Assembly: GCA_040285745.1 (NCBI GenBank)
Contig: JAUFOR010000006.1
Coordinates: 668,708-688,707, forward strand
Source: Barthelona sp. PCE
Taxonomy: Eukaryota
Direction: 5' to 3'
Length of the DNA stretch: 20,000 nt
Of this stretch, positions 1-9,016 are shown piece after piece. Both the position numbers and the translations under genes were made by a program. The notes beneath the pieces were generated by a model. It made no database searches. It was not told where the DNA came from and was given only the letters and a program-made list of their open reading frames with translations. Each line of letters begins with the position of its first letter. The stretch's first letter is position 1.

Positions 1-11
1 CTGACGTCAAG

Positions 12-1148
12 ATGAAGTTCCCATCCATCTCATCGTACATGCCGCTCATGATTTTCATGCAGATACTGGGTTCATTCCATCGAACCTCCCCACAGCAACT
101 GCCTGGCAGCTTGCACTGGGTCTTCATTGTATGCGATCTTATGTTCCTCGACCTGTCTCGAGGACATCTTCTGGGATGCGTGTGGCCGCCTGCCAAGACA
201 TTCGCCTTCAGGTATTACTACCACGCTGCACTTCCTATTATCGCTCTGATTGGCACACTTTTCAAGTTCAAGCGCCATGCTTCGAAGCTAGAAAAGGCCG
301 ATTTCCGCTCCTACCGCTGGGTCCAGACGTTTGTTGTGCTCGGCATGGCAATGTTTGCGCCCGTCTACCACGTGATCTTGGAGATCGGTGGCTGTAAGGA
401 GCTAAGCGGGGAATGGGTGCTCGCAACTGACGTCACAGTCAGGTGTTTCACTTCAGAGTGGAAGTCGTTCCTCATCCCCAGTATTATCTTTGGTGTTGCT
501 CTGCTTGTGATGGGTGTTATGATGGGTAGAGGACAGAAAGTTTCGACGCTTAACTCAGACGATATCACAAAAGCAGATAATTTGAAGCAAGCTGTTGCTT
601 CAGCTCTCAATGCACCTTATAAGGCCACTGGCTTCGGAAACCAGATCATCATCTTCTTGTATGAGCTTTTCCTGGTCGGTGCTCTCTTCTTGTTGGTGAA
701 CCATCCTCTTACACAATCGTTAACTGCATTGTTTATTGCAGTTGTTGGTTTCATCATTCATCAAACGCGCATGCCATATAGCCCGCAAGACAGTAATCGT
801 CTCGTTTCCATTTACCACATGTGTACAGTTGTTATCCTTTCATTCTGGGTGATCTGTGCCTTGGATCCTGAGTCGACATTGCAAGACGAGTCTTCGGGTC
901 TCATTTCTTTAATCTTGCTCCTATTTGTAGCCGTTAACCTCATAATGGCTATAATTACCATTGTTCTATCTCTTTTGCATCGTAAAGTGTACAAGGTGGA
1001 CAATAATAACAACATGTTCCGACCCAACCGTCTAATGAATCCTCTTGTAGCTGTTGCTAATACCACTCCTAGATCGTCAATTTCGAGTGTTATGAACAAT
1101 TTTGAAGATTTAAATGTTGACGATGACATGTTTTCCGATTTTGCGTAG
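12..1148 (+). CDS. C-terminal multi-pass membrane module (7 or more TM) of a probable large surface/receptor-like protein; probably 5'-partial
   Basis: The frame has no stop back to position 3 (GAC GTC AAG ATG), so the gene may start upstream of the window. It has repeated hydrophobic segments and motifs typical of the TM tails of large protist surface proteins (TRP-C-terminal/GPCR-related-like): 'IFMQILGSF', 'C......L..D..V.CFTSEW', 'LNAPYK', 'PY....N.L'. It ends in a low-complexity Ser/Asn/Asp cytosolic tail. The family call is by resemblance only. Confidence 0.7.
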   Translation: MKFPSISSYMPLMIFMQILGSFHRTSPQQLPGSLHWVFIVCDLMFLDLSRGHLLGCVWPPAKTFAFRYYYHAALPIIALIGTLFKFKRHASKLEKADFRSYRWVQTFVVLGMAMFAPVYHVILEIGGCKELSGEWVLATDVTVRCFTSEWKSFLIPSIIFGVALLVMGVMMGRGQKVSTLNSDDITKADNLKQAVASALNAPYKATGFGNQIIIFLYELFLVGALFLLVNHPLTQSLTALFIAVVGFIIHQTRMPYSPQDSNRLVSIYHMCTVVILSFWVICALDPESTLQDESSGLISLILLLFVAVNLIMAIITIVLSLLHRKVYKVDNNNNMFRPNRLMNPLVAVANTTPRSSISSVMNNFEDLNVDDDMFSDFA

Positions 1149-1384
1149 GTTTAGAAGCTTTGTTTTTCATTTATTTTTGTGATTCCAAAACCTACTATGT
1201 TGTGTTATTCTTATTCAATCATCTTATTAATAAAATTATTGTGAAAATTCGTGTTTGAAACTTTCATCTAAGGCAACTAAAGTTATTGAATGGTCAAGAA
1301 AAACGTTTCAAAAATTTCGAAACTTTGATCTACGTTTTCACTTTCTCATCCTTTTCATCTTTATTTCGTTTTTATATTGCCTCA

Positions 1385-4327
1385 ATGCCTTCAAAAAAGC
1401 AAAGAGTGGATGATTATGACAGTGATTTGAGTGATTCAGATACTATAGCTGTAGATATTGCTAACGATCCAATTGGGCGTCGCCGCAAAACTTTAACCCC
1501 CAAAAAGGCAAAAACAAAGGGTAAGGGCATGGAAGATGAGACAATTTACCTTTTGAACGAGAGTTTGGTTACTTTTTCCAAAAACAAACGTAAAACAAAG
1601 AAATTCATTCAGCTTATGATTGCTCTGAAGCAAAAGGACTCGAATACTGCAACAGTGGTTATGTTGAAGCACATTTTCTTAACGTGTGGATACAAAGCAG
1701 ATTTTTTTACCGACGAAATTGAGTCTTTGTTGTTGAATGAGGAGGTTCATGGGGTTATTAATGCTGCTTTGCCGGAACCAGATGAGATTCTCAAGCATCG
1801 CGTGGATAAGACCACTGGTTTCAGTCAAAACTCAAAGAAAGGTGGTAAACTTCGTAGTGATATTTTTAACCTATTTAGTGAGCTTTTCGCAGCGTTTTCC
1901 GTTGAAGAGTGGCTGGAAATTAAGGAAAACATCTTTTTTGTTAAGATTATTGAAACCTTGCTTGTGTTAACTTCGGATGTCGTTGTTGAATCACGTGTTG
2001 TCGCTTCATCGATGGCGTACGGTTTCATGTACGGCTTTGTAGAGTTTATTGTAGGGTTTTCAGACGCCGCTGAAGCGATGGGTGAGGATTATGAAGATAA
2101 ATATTTTTTCTTTATAAATCAACTTCATCAACTCGTTGTTTCTGTTTTTGAGAACAGATACATGGATAAGAATTATATAATCAGGGCAATGTCCGTTGAA
2201 TGGTTGGAGCAATGTATCATTCAGTTGCCCAGCTCGTTTTTTGAGAATCAGTATCTCAGACACATAGGATGGTTGTCACACGATCAAAACGAAAACGTGC
2301 GTCAGTCATGCGTTGAGGCGCTTATTGCCATCTTTGAGTTGGAAGAGTATCGTGATCAACTCAAACCATTCTTTTCTCATTTTAAGTCTCGTTTTCTTGA
2401 GATTCTTAATGACACGTCTGTTTCAGTTTCTGTGTTGTCATGTGATCTCTTCAAGACTGCATGGTTGCTGGGTACAGTTGAAGAAACTGATATCCCATAC
2501 CAATATTTGTGCTCAAACATCAAAAAGCAGAGGCTTCGGTTCTTTGAAATTTTACAGGATCTTTTGGACATGAATGAGTTCGAACTCATTCTTCACGCCT
2601 TTCCACACATTGGGTCTAATGCTGTTAGTTTAGTTCAGGATCGATTAGGGTTCGACTTTGATATATCTTTGTGTGAAGGAGTTAGCACTGATATTGTTTT
2701 GGTTATTATTCGCGGATTGTTATTATCTGTATTGGGAGTATCAGAGGAGATCATTCCGACTGATCCAGAAGATTTTGAGGACTTTTATGCTGCAATTGGT
2801 GTTAAGCTGACAGATGTAGTAGATGACGAGAAGCAAGTGGCTATTATCAAAAAGAATAGTAGCAAGACGGCAGATTTTGTGCTTTCATTGTTAGGTGCTG
2901 TTCAATTTGATCAAACTAAGCAGCATGAGGTTTATCTCGCAGCGGATAATTTTTATTTTGCTTTGCGATATTTCCACATCGTGGAGCAGGATTTTCAACT
3001 GGATAACAGTGTTTTTGAGAGTTTTTCTATAGTTTTTCGACACTCAACCGATATTGTTACACTTACTAGTCTTGTACGTCTGTTTTCTATCGTAAACGCA
3101 TATTATTCATCCGGTGCTGTGAAAGGAACAATCACACGATTGGCATCTGATTTGAACGATAACTTTAATAGCGCAGTGGAAGACGGTGAAATGGCTGATT
3201 TTTTGATTTGGCTAACCAGGATCAAATTCCTACTCAACACTAATTTAGTTCCTACTTTCTTGCAGGATTCTATCTTGGAGCTCTTCAAGCCGGAGTGCAA
3301 TATTTCCATCGTTCCTACTGATGCTTCATTCGCGGTTGTACTGGGGGCTCTTTTCCTAGTAACGTTGCGTTCACAGAATCTCAATAATGCCAACAGTTTT
3401 CTTGCTTTATGCATTGAGCTTTTACATTTGCAAAATATTGACAGTGATTTACTGAGCGCAGTCATTTTCTTATTACCAGAGATAGTTCTTCGTTACAGTT
3501 TGAAGATTAGCGCTGATGTTGTTGATGATTACTATGAGGCTTTTGTCTTGTTATTTGGAACACTTGATGACAGCGTCGCATATTTGCTCAGTTGTAAGAC
3601 ATTGCAGCTGTTTTATATTTTGCGAACGATGGACAATGATGATGTTTCCAAAATGGGTTATTTGTTCAGCGTTTTAAACGTTAACACATCGTTGACCATG
3701 ACGAATAAGTATATCCTTGGCGAATTGAAGCTCTTTCGCAAGAATGAGCCCAATGCATTCGTTGCAGAGTTACAAGCACTCGTCAGAGATGATTCCAGAG
3801 CATCGTCTTTTATTACATCATTTCCTATTCCCAAAAAGACGTCAACAAATGAGTATTTAACCACGCTCATTGTTAAAATCCTTGAATTGGCAATTGCTGG
3901 AGCTAAAGAAGAGTTATTTCGAGCTTGTTCGATTTATCTTTCAAAGGCAAGTATCAGGGATTGTCAGAATATAAAGCAACGAGTGCATGTATCTGGATTG
4001 GGTGCTTCAGAAGACATTTCGCTGGAGATTAAGGAACTTTTTGATGAATTTATGGAAAAAGTACAACTTAAATCAAAGGGAAAGAAAATTGCAGCTCCAA
4101 GGAAACAGAAAACTACTTCTAAAAAGGTTACAAAACAAAAAAAGAAGGAGAAAGAGGTTGATATGGAAATTGCAGATAGCGCTTCCAAGAGAGTTGCAAG
4201 AGTCAGGCAGCGTAAGAAGAAGAAGGTTACACATTATGAAGTATCACTTGAGGATCTTGATGATTTGGAAGAGTCTTTAATGTATTCAACAGATGACGAG
4301 TATGATACCGATGATGAGTCGGAATAA
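1385..4327 (+). CDS. SCC3: Cohesin subunit Scc3/SA (stromalin, STAG family), ~980 aa
   Basis: The segment VFENRYMDKNYIIRAMSVEWLEQCIIQLPSSFFENQYLRHIGWLSHDQNENVRQSCVEAL...LKPFFSHFKSRFLEILND matches the stromalin conserved domain (human SA: VFVHRYRD...IRAICIEEIG.W......FL.DSYLKYVGWTLHD....VRL.CL.AL...F..RFKDR). The rest is a helical HEAT-like body with basic NLS-like ends and an acidic tail. First ATG is at 1385; the track's 1286 start is TTG. Confidence 0.9.
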   Translation: MPSKKQRVDDYDSDLSDSDTIAVDIANDPIGRRRKTLTPKKAKTKGKGMEDETIYLLNESLVTFSKNKRKTKKFIQLMIALKQKDSNTATVVMLKHIFLTCGYKADFFTDEIESLLLNEEVHGVINAALPEPDEILKHRVDKTTGFSQNSKKGGKLRSDIFNLFSELFAAFSVEEWLEIKENIFFVKIIETLLVLTSDVVVESRVVASSMAYGFMYGFVEFIVGFSDAAEAMGEDYEDKYFFFINQLHQLVVSVFENRYMDKNYIIRAMSVEWLEQCIIQLPSSFFENQYLRHIGWLSHDQNENVRQSCVEALIAIFELEEYRDQLKPFFSHFKSRFLEILNDTSVSVSVLSCDLFKTAWLLGTVEETDIPYQYLCSNIKKQRLRFFEILQDLLDMNEFELILHAFPHIGSNAVSLVQDRLGFDFDISLCEGVSTDIVLVIIRGLLLSVLGVSEEIIPTDPEDFEDFYAAIGVKLTDVVDDEKQVAIIKKNSSKTADFVLSLLGAVQFDQTKQHEVYLAADNFYFALRYFHIVEQDFQLDNSVFESFSIVFRHSTDIVTLTSLVRLFSIVNAYYSSGAVKGTITRLASDLNDNFNSAVEDGEMADFLIWLTRIKFLLNTNLVPTFLQDSILELFKPECNISIVPTDASFAVVLGALFLVTLRSQNLNNANSFLALCIELLHLQNIDSDLLSAVIFLLPEIVLRYSLKISADVVDDYYEAFVLLFGTLDDSVAYLLSCKTLQLFYILRTMDNDDVSKMGYLFSVLNVNTSLTMTNKYILGELKLFRKNEPNAFVAELQALVRDDSRASSFITSFPIPKKTSTNEYLTTLIVKILELAIAGAKEELFRACSIYLSKASIRDCQNIKQRVHVSGLGASEDISLEIKELFDEFMEKVQLKSKGKKIAAPRKQKTTSKKVTKQKKKEKEVDMEIADSASKRVARVRQRKKKKVTHYEVSLEDLDDLEESLMYSTDDEYDTDDESE

Positions 4328-4328
4328 A
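4323..4328 (+). terminator. Putative polyadenylation signal AATAAA overlapping the Scc3 stop codon
   Basis: The sequence reads GAA TAA A at 4322-4328 and is followed by A/T-rich tracts. Confidence 0.5.
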
Positions 4329-4523
4329 ACACAAAAATTTTTTAAAAGGTTTCATTTTTTTTCTTGACGTATAAGCAGTTATTTCGTATTTTACTTTTGA
4401 ATCTGAGCATAATATAGCCACGTATATGCATGTAATAATAAAAACCCATTTGTTGATCTATTTTTCTTTTTGCTTGTAAACCGTAAAGTGAAGCTAATAT
4501 CAGAATTTTATCTTGATTTCCGA

Positions 4524-4530
4524 TATAAAA
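4524..4530 (+). promoter_or_regulatory. Possible TATA box (TATAAAA) ~30 bp upstream of the CCCH gene ATG
   Basis: Exact TATAAAA at 4524-4530 with the ATG at 4560. The AT-rich context makes a chance match plausible. Confidence 0.25.
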
Positions 4531-4559
4531 CCCTATTTTTAAAGATATTAACATTATCT

Positions 4560-5327
4560 ATGTCAACCTCAGACGAAACAACACCTTTTTTATATGACTT
4601 TCAAAAAAAAGAACTTTTTGATTTTTCAACCTCTTTAGCTGATCATAAAGAAGAAGCAAAGCAGCTAAAACATGTTAAAAATGAGAATATCTTGCAAACA
4701 GGTCACCCTGCAAGATTGTGCTCACATTTCTCACCTTCTATAAATCGTTTCCATCAGCGAAGTGAGGATAAGATCATTGCTAAACAGTCATTATTCAAGT
4801 CAGAGTTCTGTCGTCGTTCTTTACACTATGGTTTTTGTCAATTTGATGGATGCTGTAGTTTTGCACACAGTTTTGAAAGTATCAATATCGATGTTAAGAA
4901 ACCTAGACGTTACAAGTCAAAGAAGTGCAAGAGTTATCATGAAAATGGATTCTGTGCTTATGGAACTCGTTGTCGATTTTCTCATGGTGATGATGATGCT
5001 AACATTTTTAGCACTTTTGGTACAAAATATGAGAATTTAGTTAGATTTACCAACAAACAAGACTTTAGAACTGTTCTAATCTGTATTGGTAGTTGTATTT
5101 ATGAACTTCCAAGATTATGGACAATTGATGATGTTGCAGTTTTTCTTGAAGCAAATGTTTCACCAGAGAATTGCAAATATACTCTGGTCCCACCTAAGTA
5201 TATATCTCAGAATCATACTGTTATTCAAGAAAATCCTGTTTTTGAAAGCTCTACTCCCAAACAACAAGAAAGTATTCGTGCTCGAAAAAACTTTTTCAAC
5301 GTTCCAATTATTACACGTGCCATGTAA
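4560..5327 (+). CDS. Tandem CCCH zinc-finger RNA-binding protein (tristetraprolin/ZFP36/Cth2-like), ~255 aa
   Basis: Two C-x8-C-x5-C-x3-H fingers with TTP-type lead-ins: LFKSEF-CRRSLHYGFCQFDGCCSFAH and RYKSKK-CKSYHENGFCAYGTRCRFSH. First ATG is at 4560. Confidence 0.85.
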   Translation: MSTSDETTPFLYDFQKKELFDFSTSLADHKEEAKQLKHVKNENILQTGHPARLCSHFSPSINRFHQRSEDKIIAKQSLFKSEFCRRSLHYGFCQFDGCCSFAHSFESINIDVKKPRRYKSKKCKSYHENGFCAYGTRCRFSHGDDDANIFSTFGTKYENLVRFTNKQDFRTVLICIGSCIYELPRLWTIDDVAVFLEANVSPENCKYTLVPPKYISQNHTVIQENPVFESSTPKQQESIRARKNFFNVPIITRAM

Positions 5328-5351
5328 TGAAAAAATAAAAAATATGTGATT

Positions 5352-6461
5352 TTACTGAGCCTCCTCCTTATTAGCGGCGTTTTCTTTTGCTTCTCTAGCA
5401 GCTGTAACAAATTCTGGTTCAAAAGGCTCAAGACCCTTTTGAATAGCTCTCACAAACTGCTGATCAATGTGAAAGATACGAAGATAACCATCATGACCAC
5501 CTACAAGGAAAGATGTACCATTGGGACTAACAGCAAAATCGATAACGTTACCGAAAGAACCAGGAACCATACCAATCATGATGCCAGTAGGAGCATGGAA
5601 AAGACGTGTAGCAAACTGTTCAGCACCTTCAGCACTAGACTGGGTAACCTTTGAAGCTTCTTCACCACCAGCACAAGCAACAACTTGCAATTCAGGGAAA
5701 TAACCAATACCATTTACGATGATACCAGCATCCCATTCTTTAATAACTGTGTGATCGTTATTACTGGTGAAGATCTTCATCTTCTTTTCCGTTGAAGCAG
5801 ATATAAAGAAATTACCATTTGGTTCTAATACCAAAGAAGTGATAGCAGAATGATGAGGTGAGCATTCAGCTCTATGAGTACCTTCAATATCAAAGAAGAT
5901 GACGGATCCACGGGTAGTGCCGAAGGCGAACCTATCTTCGTTCATGTCTAAGGATAGAGCAGTACATTCGGGAACTCTAAATTCATGATCACAATCTTCA
6001 CGAACAATACACTCTCCCTCATGTTCCCTAATACCATCAGGAACATTGAAAACATACACAGAAGCCATAAGGCTGTTATTATAGTTGGTCTTCTCTGCAA
6101 GACTTGTATCGCCACGCTTAGCCTTTGTGACGAGAATAAATTTAGTATTATCATGATTGAAGGCACAGAACTTGAAGAAGTCCTTGGAATTGAACTTCAG
6201 CAATTGCTTGCCAGTTTCAACATTCCATAAAATGGCTGAACCATCGAAAGAACATGTTAAGAATAATTTGGAATCAATAGAAACATCACAGTAAGTAATG
6301 GAACCCGTGTGTCCCGCGAAAAATCCTAAATGCTTACCGTCAAAGCTATTCCAAACAGTAGCAACCTTATCTGTACTGACAGCGAACACCAGATCGCCAT
6401 CATGGTTGTATGTAACCCTGTTGATGGGACGATCAGCACCCTTGCATGCAATGTGTCTCAT
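5352..6461 (-). CDS. EIF3I: Eukaryotic translation initiation factor 3 subunit I (eIF3i/TIF34), WD40 propeller
   Basis: The N-terminus MRHIACKGADRPINRVTYNHDGDLVF...VW...DGKHLG.FAGHTGSI parallels eIF3i [26 protein letters not shown]...GERLGTY.GHTGAV. The C-terminal GGEEASKVT...F.TRLFH...GSFGNV...SPNGTSF.VGGHDGYLRI parallels GGQEAMDVT...FEARFFH...GHFGPIN...HPDGKSYSSGGEDGYVRI. Confidence 0.92.
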   Translation of the reverse strand: MRHIACKGADRPINRVTYNHDGDLVFAVSTDKVATVWNSFDGKHLGFFAGHTGSITYCDVSIDSKLFLTCSFDGSAILWNVETGKQLLKFNSKDFFKFCAFNHDNTKFILVTKAKRGDTSLAEKTNYNNSLMASVYVFNVPDGIREHEGECIVREDCDHEFRVPECTALSLDMNEDRFAFGTTRGSVIFFDIEGTHRAECSPHHSAITSLVLEPNGNFFISASTEKKMKIFTSNNDHTVIKEWDAGIIVNGIGYFPELQVVACAGGEEASKVTQSSAEGAEQFATRLFHAPTGIMIGMVPGSFGNVIDFAVSPNGTSFLVGGHDGYLRIFHIDQQFVRAIQKGLEPFEPEFVTAAREAKENAANKEEAQ

Positions 6462-6628
6462 ATTGTTGTGAAAAAGTGAAAATATGCTGAAGTAAGATGA
6501 GCCGCATTTGTAAGATGCAAATCATCCTGAGCTCACCAGTTCCGTGCGTTAGAGTTCAGGAATAGTTGTACTTTATTGGTTGTACTGTTATCTTTTGAAC
6601 AACCCTTTCTTGTCATTTTTTGGGCAAC
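6462..6628. promoter_or_regulatory. 167-bp divergent (bidirectional) promoter region between eIF3i and TM9SF, containing paired direct repeats and a 10-bp hairpin
   Basis: Head-to-head ATGs at 6461(-) and 6629(+). GTAAGATG occurs twice (6492, 6510). There is a stem TCCTGAGCTC (6525-6534) / GAGTTCAGGA (6552-6561). GTTGTACT occurs twice (6565, 6579). Confidence 0.55.
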
Positions 6629-8650
6629 ATGAGTGATGTAGAGCTTCGGTTACCTTCAGAAATCGAAGAGTCAGACATCGAAAGCGATGTTGAGACAAAG
6701 AGATTAGTTAAAAAACCTTCTCGTCAAAAATCAACGTGGAGATGGAAAATTCTACTTGTTCTGGTTCTATTTATGGGCGTGAGCATGTATTACCTACTAC
6801 CACGATTCAATAATGTGTATTTGCCAGGTGTTGATATTAAATTCTATAATCCAGCTGAAAAAATGGATGTATACATGACAAAACTTGAAGGCAAGGGGCT
6901 TGCTCTGCCCCTACCATACTATGATTTGCCTATTTGTTCACCTACACATCCTAAAGTACTTGATCAAGGTATTAGTGATGTTTTAATGGGAGAAAAACGT
7001 GTATCCTCATTGTTTAATCTCGATTTCAATATTTCCTCGAAGTGTAACCTGTTATGTAACGGTGAATATAACATGACCAAATCAAAAATTTCCAAACTCA
7101 TTGAGTGGATCGATGCGGATATGCGCGGAAACTGGATTTTAGACAACATGAACGTGTTTACAAAGCTTGGAGCAACAGGAAACCGATATTTATTAGGTTA
7201 TGCATTGGGTTATAGTGCACTTTTAAATAATAATAATATCGTACATGTTCTCAACAATCATTTTGAGATTGATGTTTTCTATCACGTTAACAACGGTACG
7301 CGTGGATCAGTAGTTGGCTTTGAGGTGCGTCCTAAGAGTATAGATTGGGAAAGTATGAGTCTTAGTGTTGATCAAGGGCAATTTGTTTCGTGTGATCCAT
7401 TTATTTCAGATGAAGCACGTGTGACTCCATTCGTTTTGCATCCTGATCAAGACATACAGAAGGTATACTGGACCTATTCGGTGAATTATATTGAGAGTGA
7501 TCGTTCTTGGTTGAACAGATGGGATCCTTACATTCGTGTTCAAAATGAGCAAGATTATTGGTTGAGTATCATCTATTCTTCATTACTAGTAGTGTCCCTT
7601 GCTGCACTTCTCGGTTATCTTATTTATCACAGTCTACGACGTGATATCAAGCAGTTCTCAACAGTTGATCTTGAACGATCATTTACAATGCAAGGTTGGA
7701 AAGATTTAAGCAGAGATATTTTTAGACCACCAAAGTATGCGACGTTTTTATCGAGCGTTGTTGGTGCTGGGACTCAGTTGTTATGTACTTTGTTGGTGTT
7801 TTTAGCAGGAGCTATTTTGGGTATGTTCTCACCAGGTTTTAGACTTAGTGCTCCAGTTACATTTACAGTTTTATATTTACCTCTTGCTATCTTAGGAGGA
7901 TATGTTGGTGCACGTGTTCATAAGTCCTTTGGTAAAAAGGATTGGTTACGTTCTACAATGTTGAATGCACTATTTATTCCAGTATTGTTTTTTGTTATTA
8001 TTCTCTTTTTTTATGTTGCATTAAAGACAACAAAAACAGCTATTCAGATTGATATTTCTTTAATTATAATGGTTTTATTACTTTTTATTTGTGTTCATAT
8101 GCCCTTATGTTTTATAGGAGCATTATTTGGTTATCGTTCCAAAACAAAAGATATTAAACGTACTGTTTCAAAAATACCAAGAGAAATTCCAGAACAAACT
8201 AAATTTATGGAAAAGAATGAAACTTTATTATGTTTAGGAGGATTTTTTCCTTATTCTGTTATTTTTATGGAAATTGTATTATTATTAAAATCTTCAGCAG
8301 AGTTTCATATATTATACGCTTGGGGATTCATTTCTCTTACAACAATACTTGTTCTTATATTAAGTATTGAAGTATCTGTTGCAATTACTTATGCTCAATT
8401 AACAAAGATGGATTATCGTTGGCATTGGTTAAGTTTCTTAAGCCCAGCATTTTCTGGTATTTACATATTCATTCATAGTTTATTTATAGTAATCTATTCT
8501 TTATCAAATGTTAATCTTGTTGCAAAAATTATTTTTATTGGATGGATGATTGTTTTTTCTGTAATTTTTTCTTTAATTGTTGGTGTAGTAGGTTTCTTTA
8601 GTTCTACAAAGTTTATTAAAATATTATTCAAGAACGTTAAAATGGAATAA
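6629..8650 (+). CDS. Transmembrane 9 superfamily protein (nonaspanin, EMP70/TM9SF2/4-like), ~673 aa
   Basis: Family motifs YLPGV, PYYDLPIC, NWILDN, NNHFEI..YH, VVGFEV.PKSI, WTYSV.Y.ES...W.NRWD.Y, GWK.L..DIFRPP, PREIPEQ, DYRWHW.SF. Nine C-terminal hydrophobic helices and a C-terminal KxD/E Golgi-retention-type ending (VKME). First ATG is at 6629. Confidence 0.95.
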   Translation: MSDVELRLPSEIEESDIESDVETKRLVKKPSRQKSTWRWKILLVLVLFMGVSMYYLLPRFNNVYLPGVDIKFYNPAEKMDVYMTKLEGKGLALPLPYYDLPICSPTHPKVLDQGISDVLMGEKRVSSLFNLDFNISSKCNLLCNGEYNMTKSKISKLIEWIDADMRGNWILDNMNVFTKLGATGNRYLLGYALGYSALLNNNNIVHVLNNHFEIDVFYHVNNGTRGSVVGFEVRPKSIDWESMSLSVDQGQFVSCDPFISDEARVTPFVLHPDQDIQKVYWTYSVNYIESDRSWLNRWDPYIRVQNEQDYWLSIIYSSLLVVSLAALLGYLIYHSLRRDIKQFSTVDLERSFTMQGWKDLSRDIFRPPKYATFLSSVVGAGTQLLCTLLVFLAGAILGMFSPGFRLSAPVTFTVLYLPLAILGGYVGARVHKSFGKKDWLRSTMLNALFIPVLFFVIILFFYVALKTTKTAIQIDISLIIMVLLLFICVHMPLCFIGALFGYRSKTKDIKRTVSKIPREIPEQTKFMEKNETLLCLGGFFPYSVIFMEIVLLLKSSAEFHILYAWGFISLTTILVLILSIEVSVAITYAQLTKMDYRWHWLSFLSPAFSGIYIFIHSLFIVIYSLSNVNLVAKIIFIGWMIVFSVIFSLIVGVVGFFSSTKFIKILFKNVKME

Positions 8651-8651
8651 A
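8646..8651 (+). terminator. Putative polyadenylation signal AATAAA overlapping the TM9SF stop codon
   Basis: The sequence reads GAA TAA A at 8645-8651, only 18 bp from the convergent SRP14 stop. Confidence 0.5.
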
Positions 8652-8668
8652 CATGGTTTTATTAACTA

Positions 8669-9016
8669 CTATTTAGTGCGTTTTCTTGCTTTTCTATCAC
8701 CTTTATGAACGCTATTAGTACTCGATCGCTCCAAATTATCGATATTGGCTCTAATAACAGTGGAAAATTCACGGAAGAATTGAATATCTTCACCTTTGTC
8801 AATAATTGTTCTAATTTTCCTCTTCTTATACTTTGCACGAACTAAGCATACCTTTGGTACACCATCCCGCTTCCTAGGATGAGCAATAGCAGTCTGTTTC
8901 ATTGTAACATATACACTACCGCCTTCGGTCTCAGCAAGATGATATAAATGACTTAAATTGTGCAAAAAATCCCTATGTCTCAAAAATTGGACGTTTTGAT
9001 GTGCAATATCTGACAT
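8669..9016 (-). CDS. SRP14: Signal recognition particle 14 kDa subunit (Alu domain), ~115 aa
   Basis: DFLHNLSHLY...GSVYVTMK...CLVRAKYKKRKIRTII....F...FSTVIRANIDNL plus a basic tail parallels SRP14 QFLTELTRLF...GSVYITLK...CLLRATDGKKKISTVV....F...YSNLLRANMDGL plus a Lys-rich tail. First ATG is at 9016; the stop is a tandem TAG TAG. Confidence 0.88.
   Translation of the reverse strand: MSDIAHQNVQFLRHRDFLHNLSHLYHLAETEGGSVYVTMKQTAIAHPRKRDGVPKVCLVRAKYKKRKIRTIIDKGEDIQFFREFSTVIRANIDNLERSSTNSVHKGDRKARKRTK

Noticed and set aside
1286..1384. TTG-initiated N-terminal extensions in the ORF track (also at 4470, 6620, 9043 and 9846)
   Set aside because: These are eukaryotic genes, so the first in-frame ATG was used. 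The extensions translate T-rich promoter/UTR sequence.
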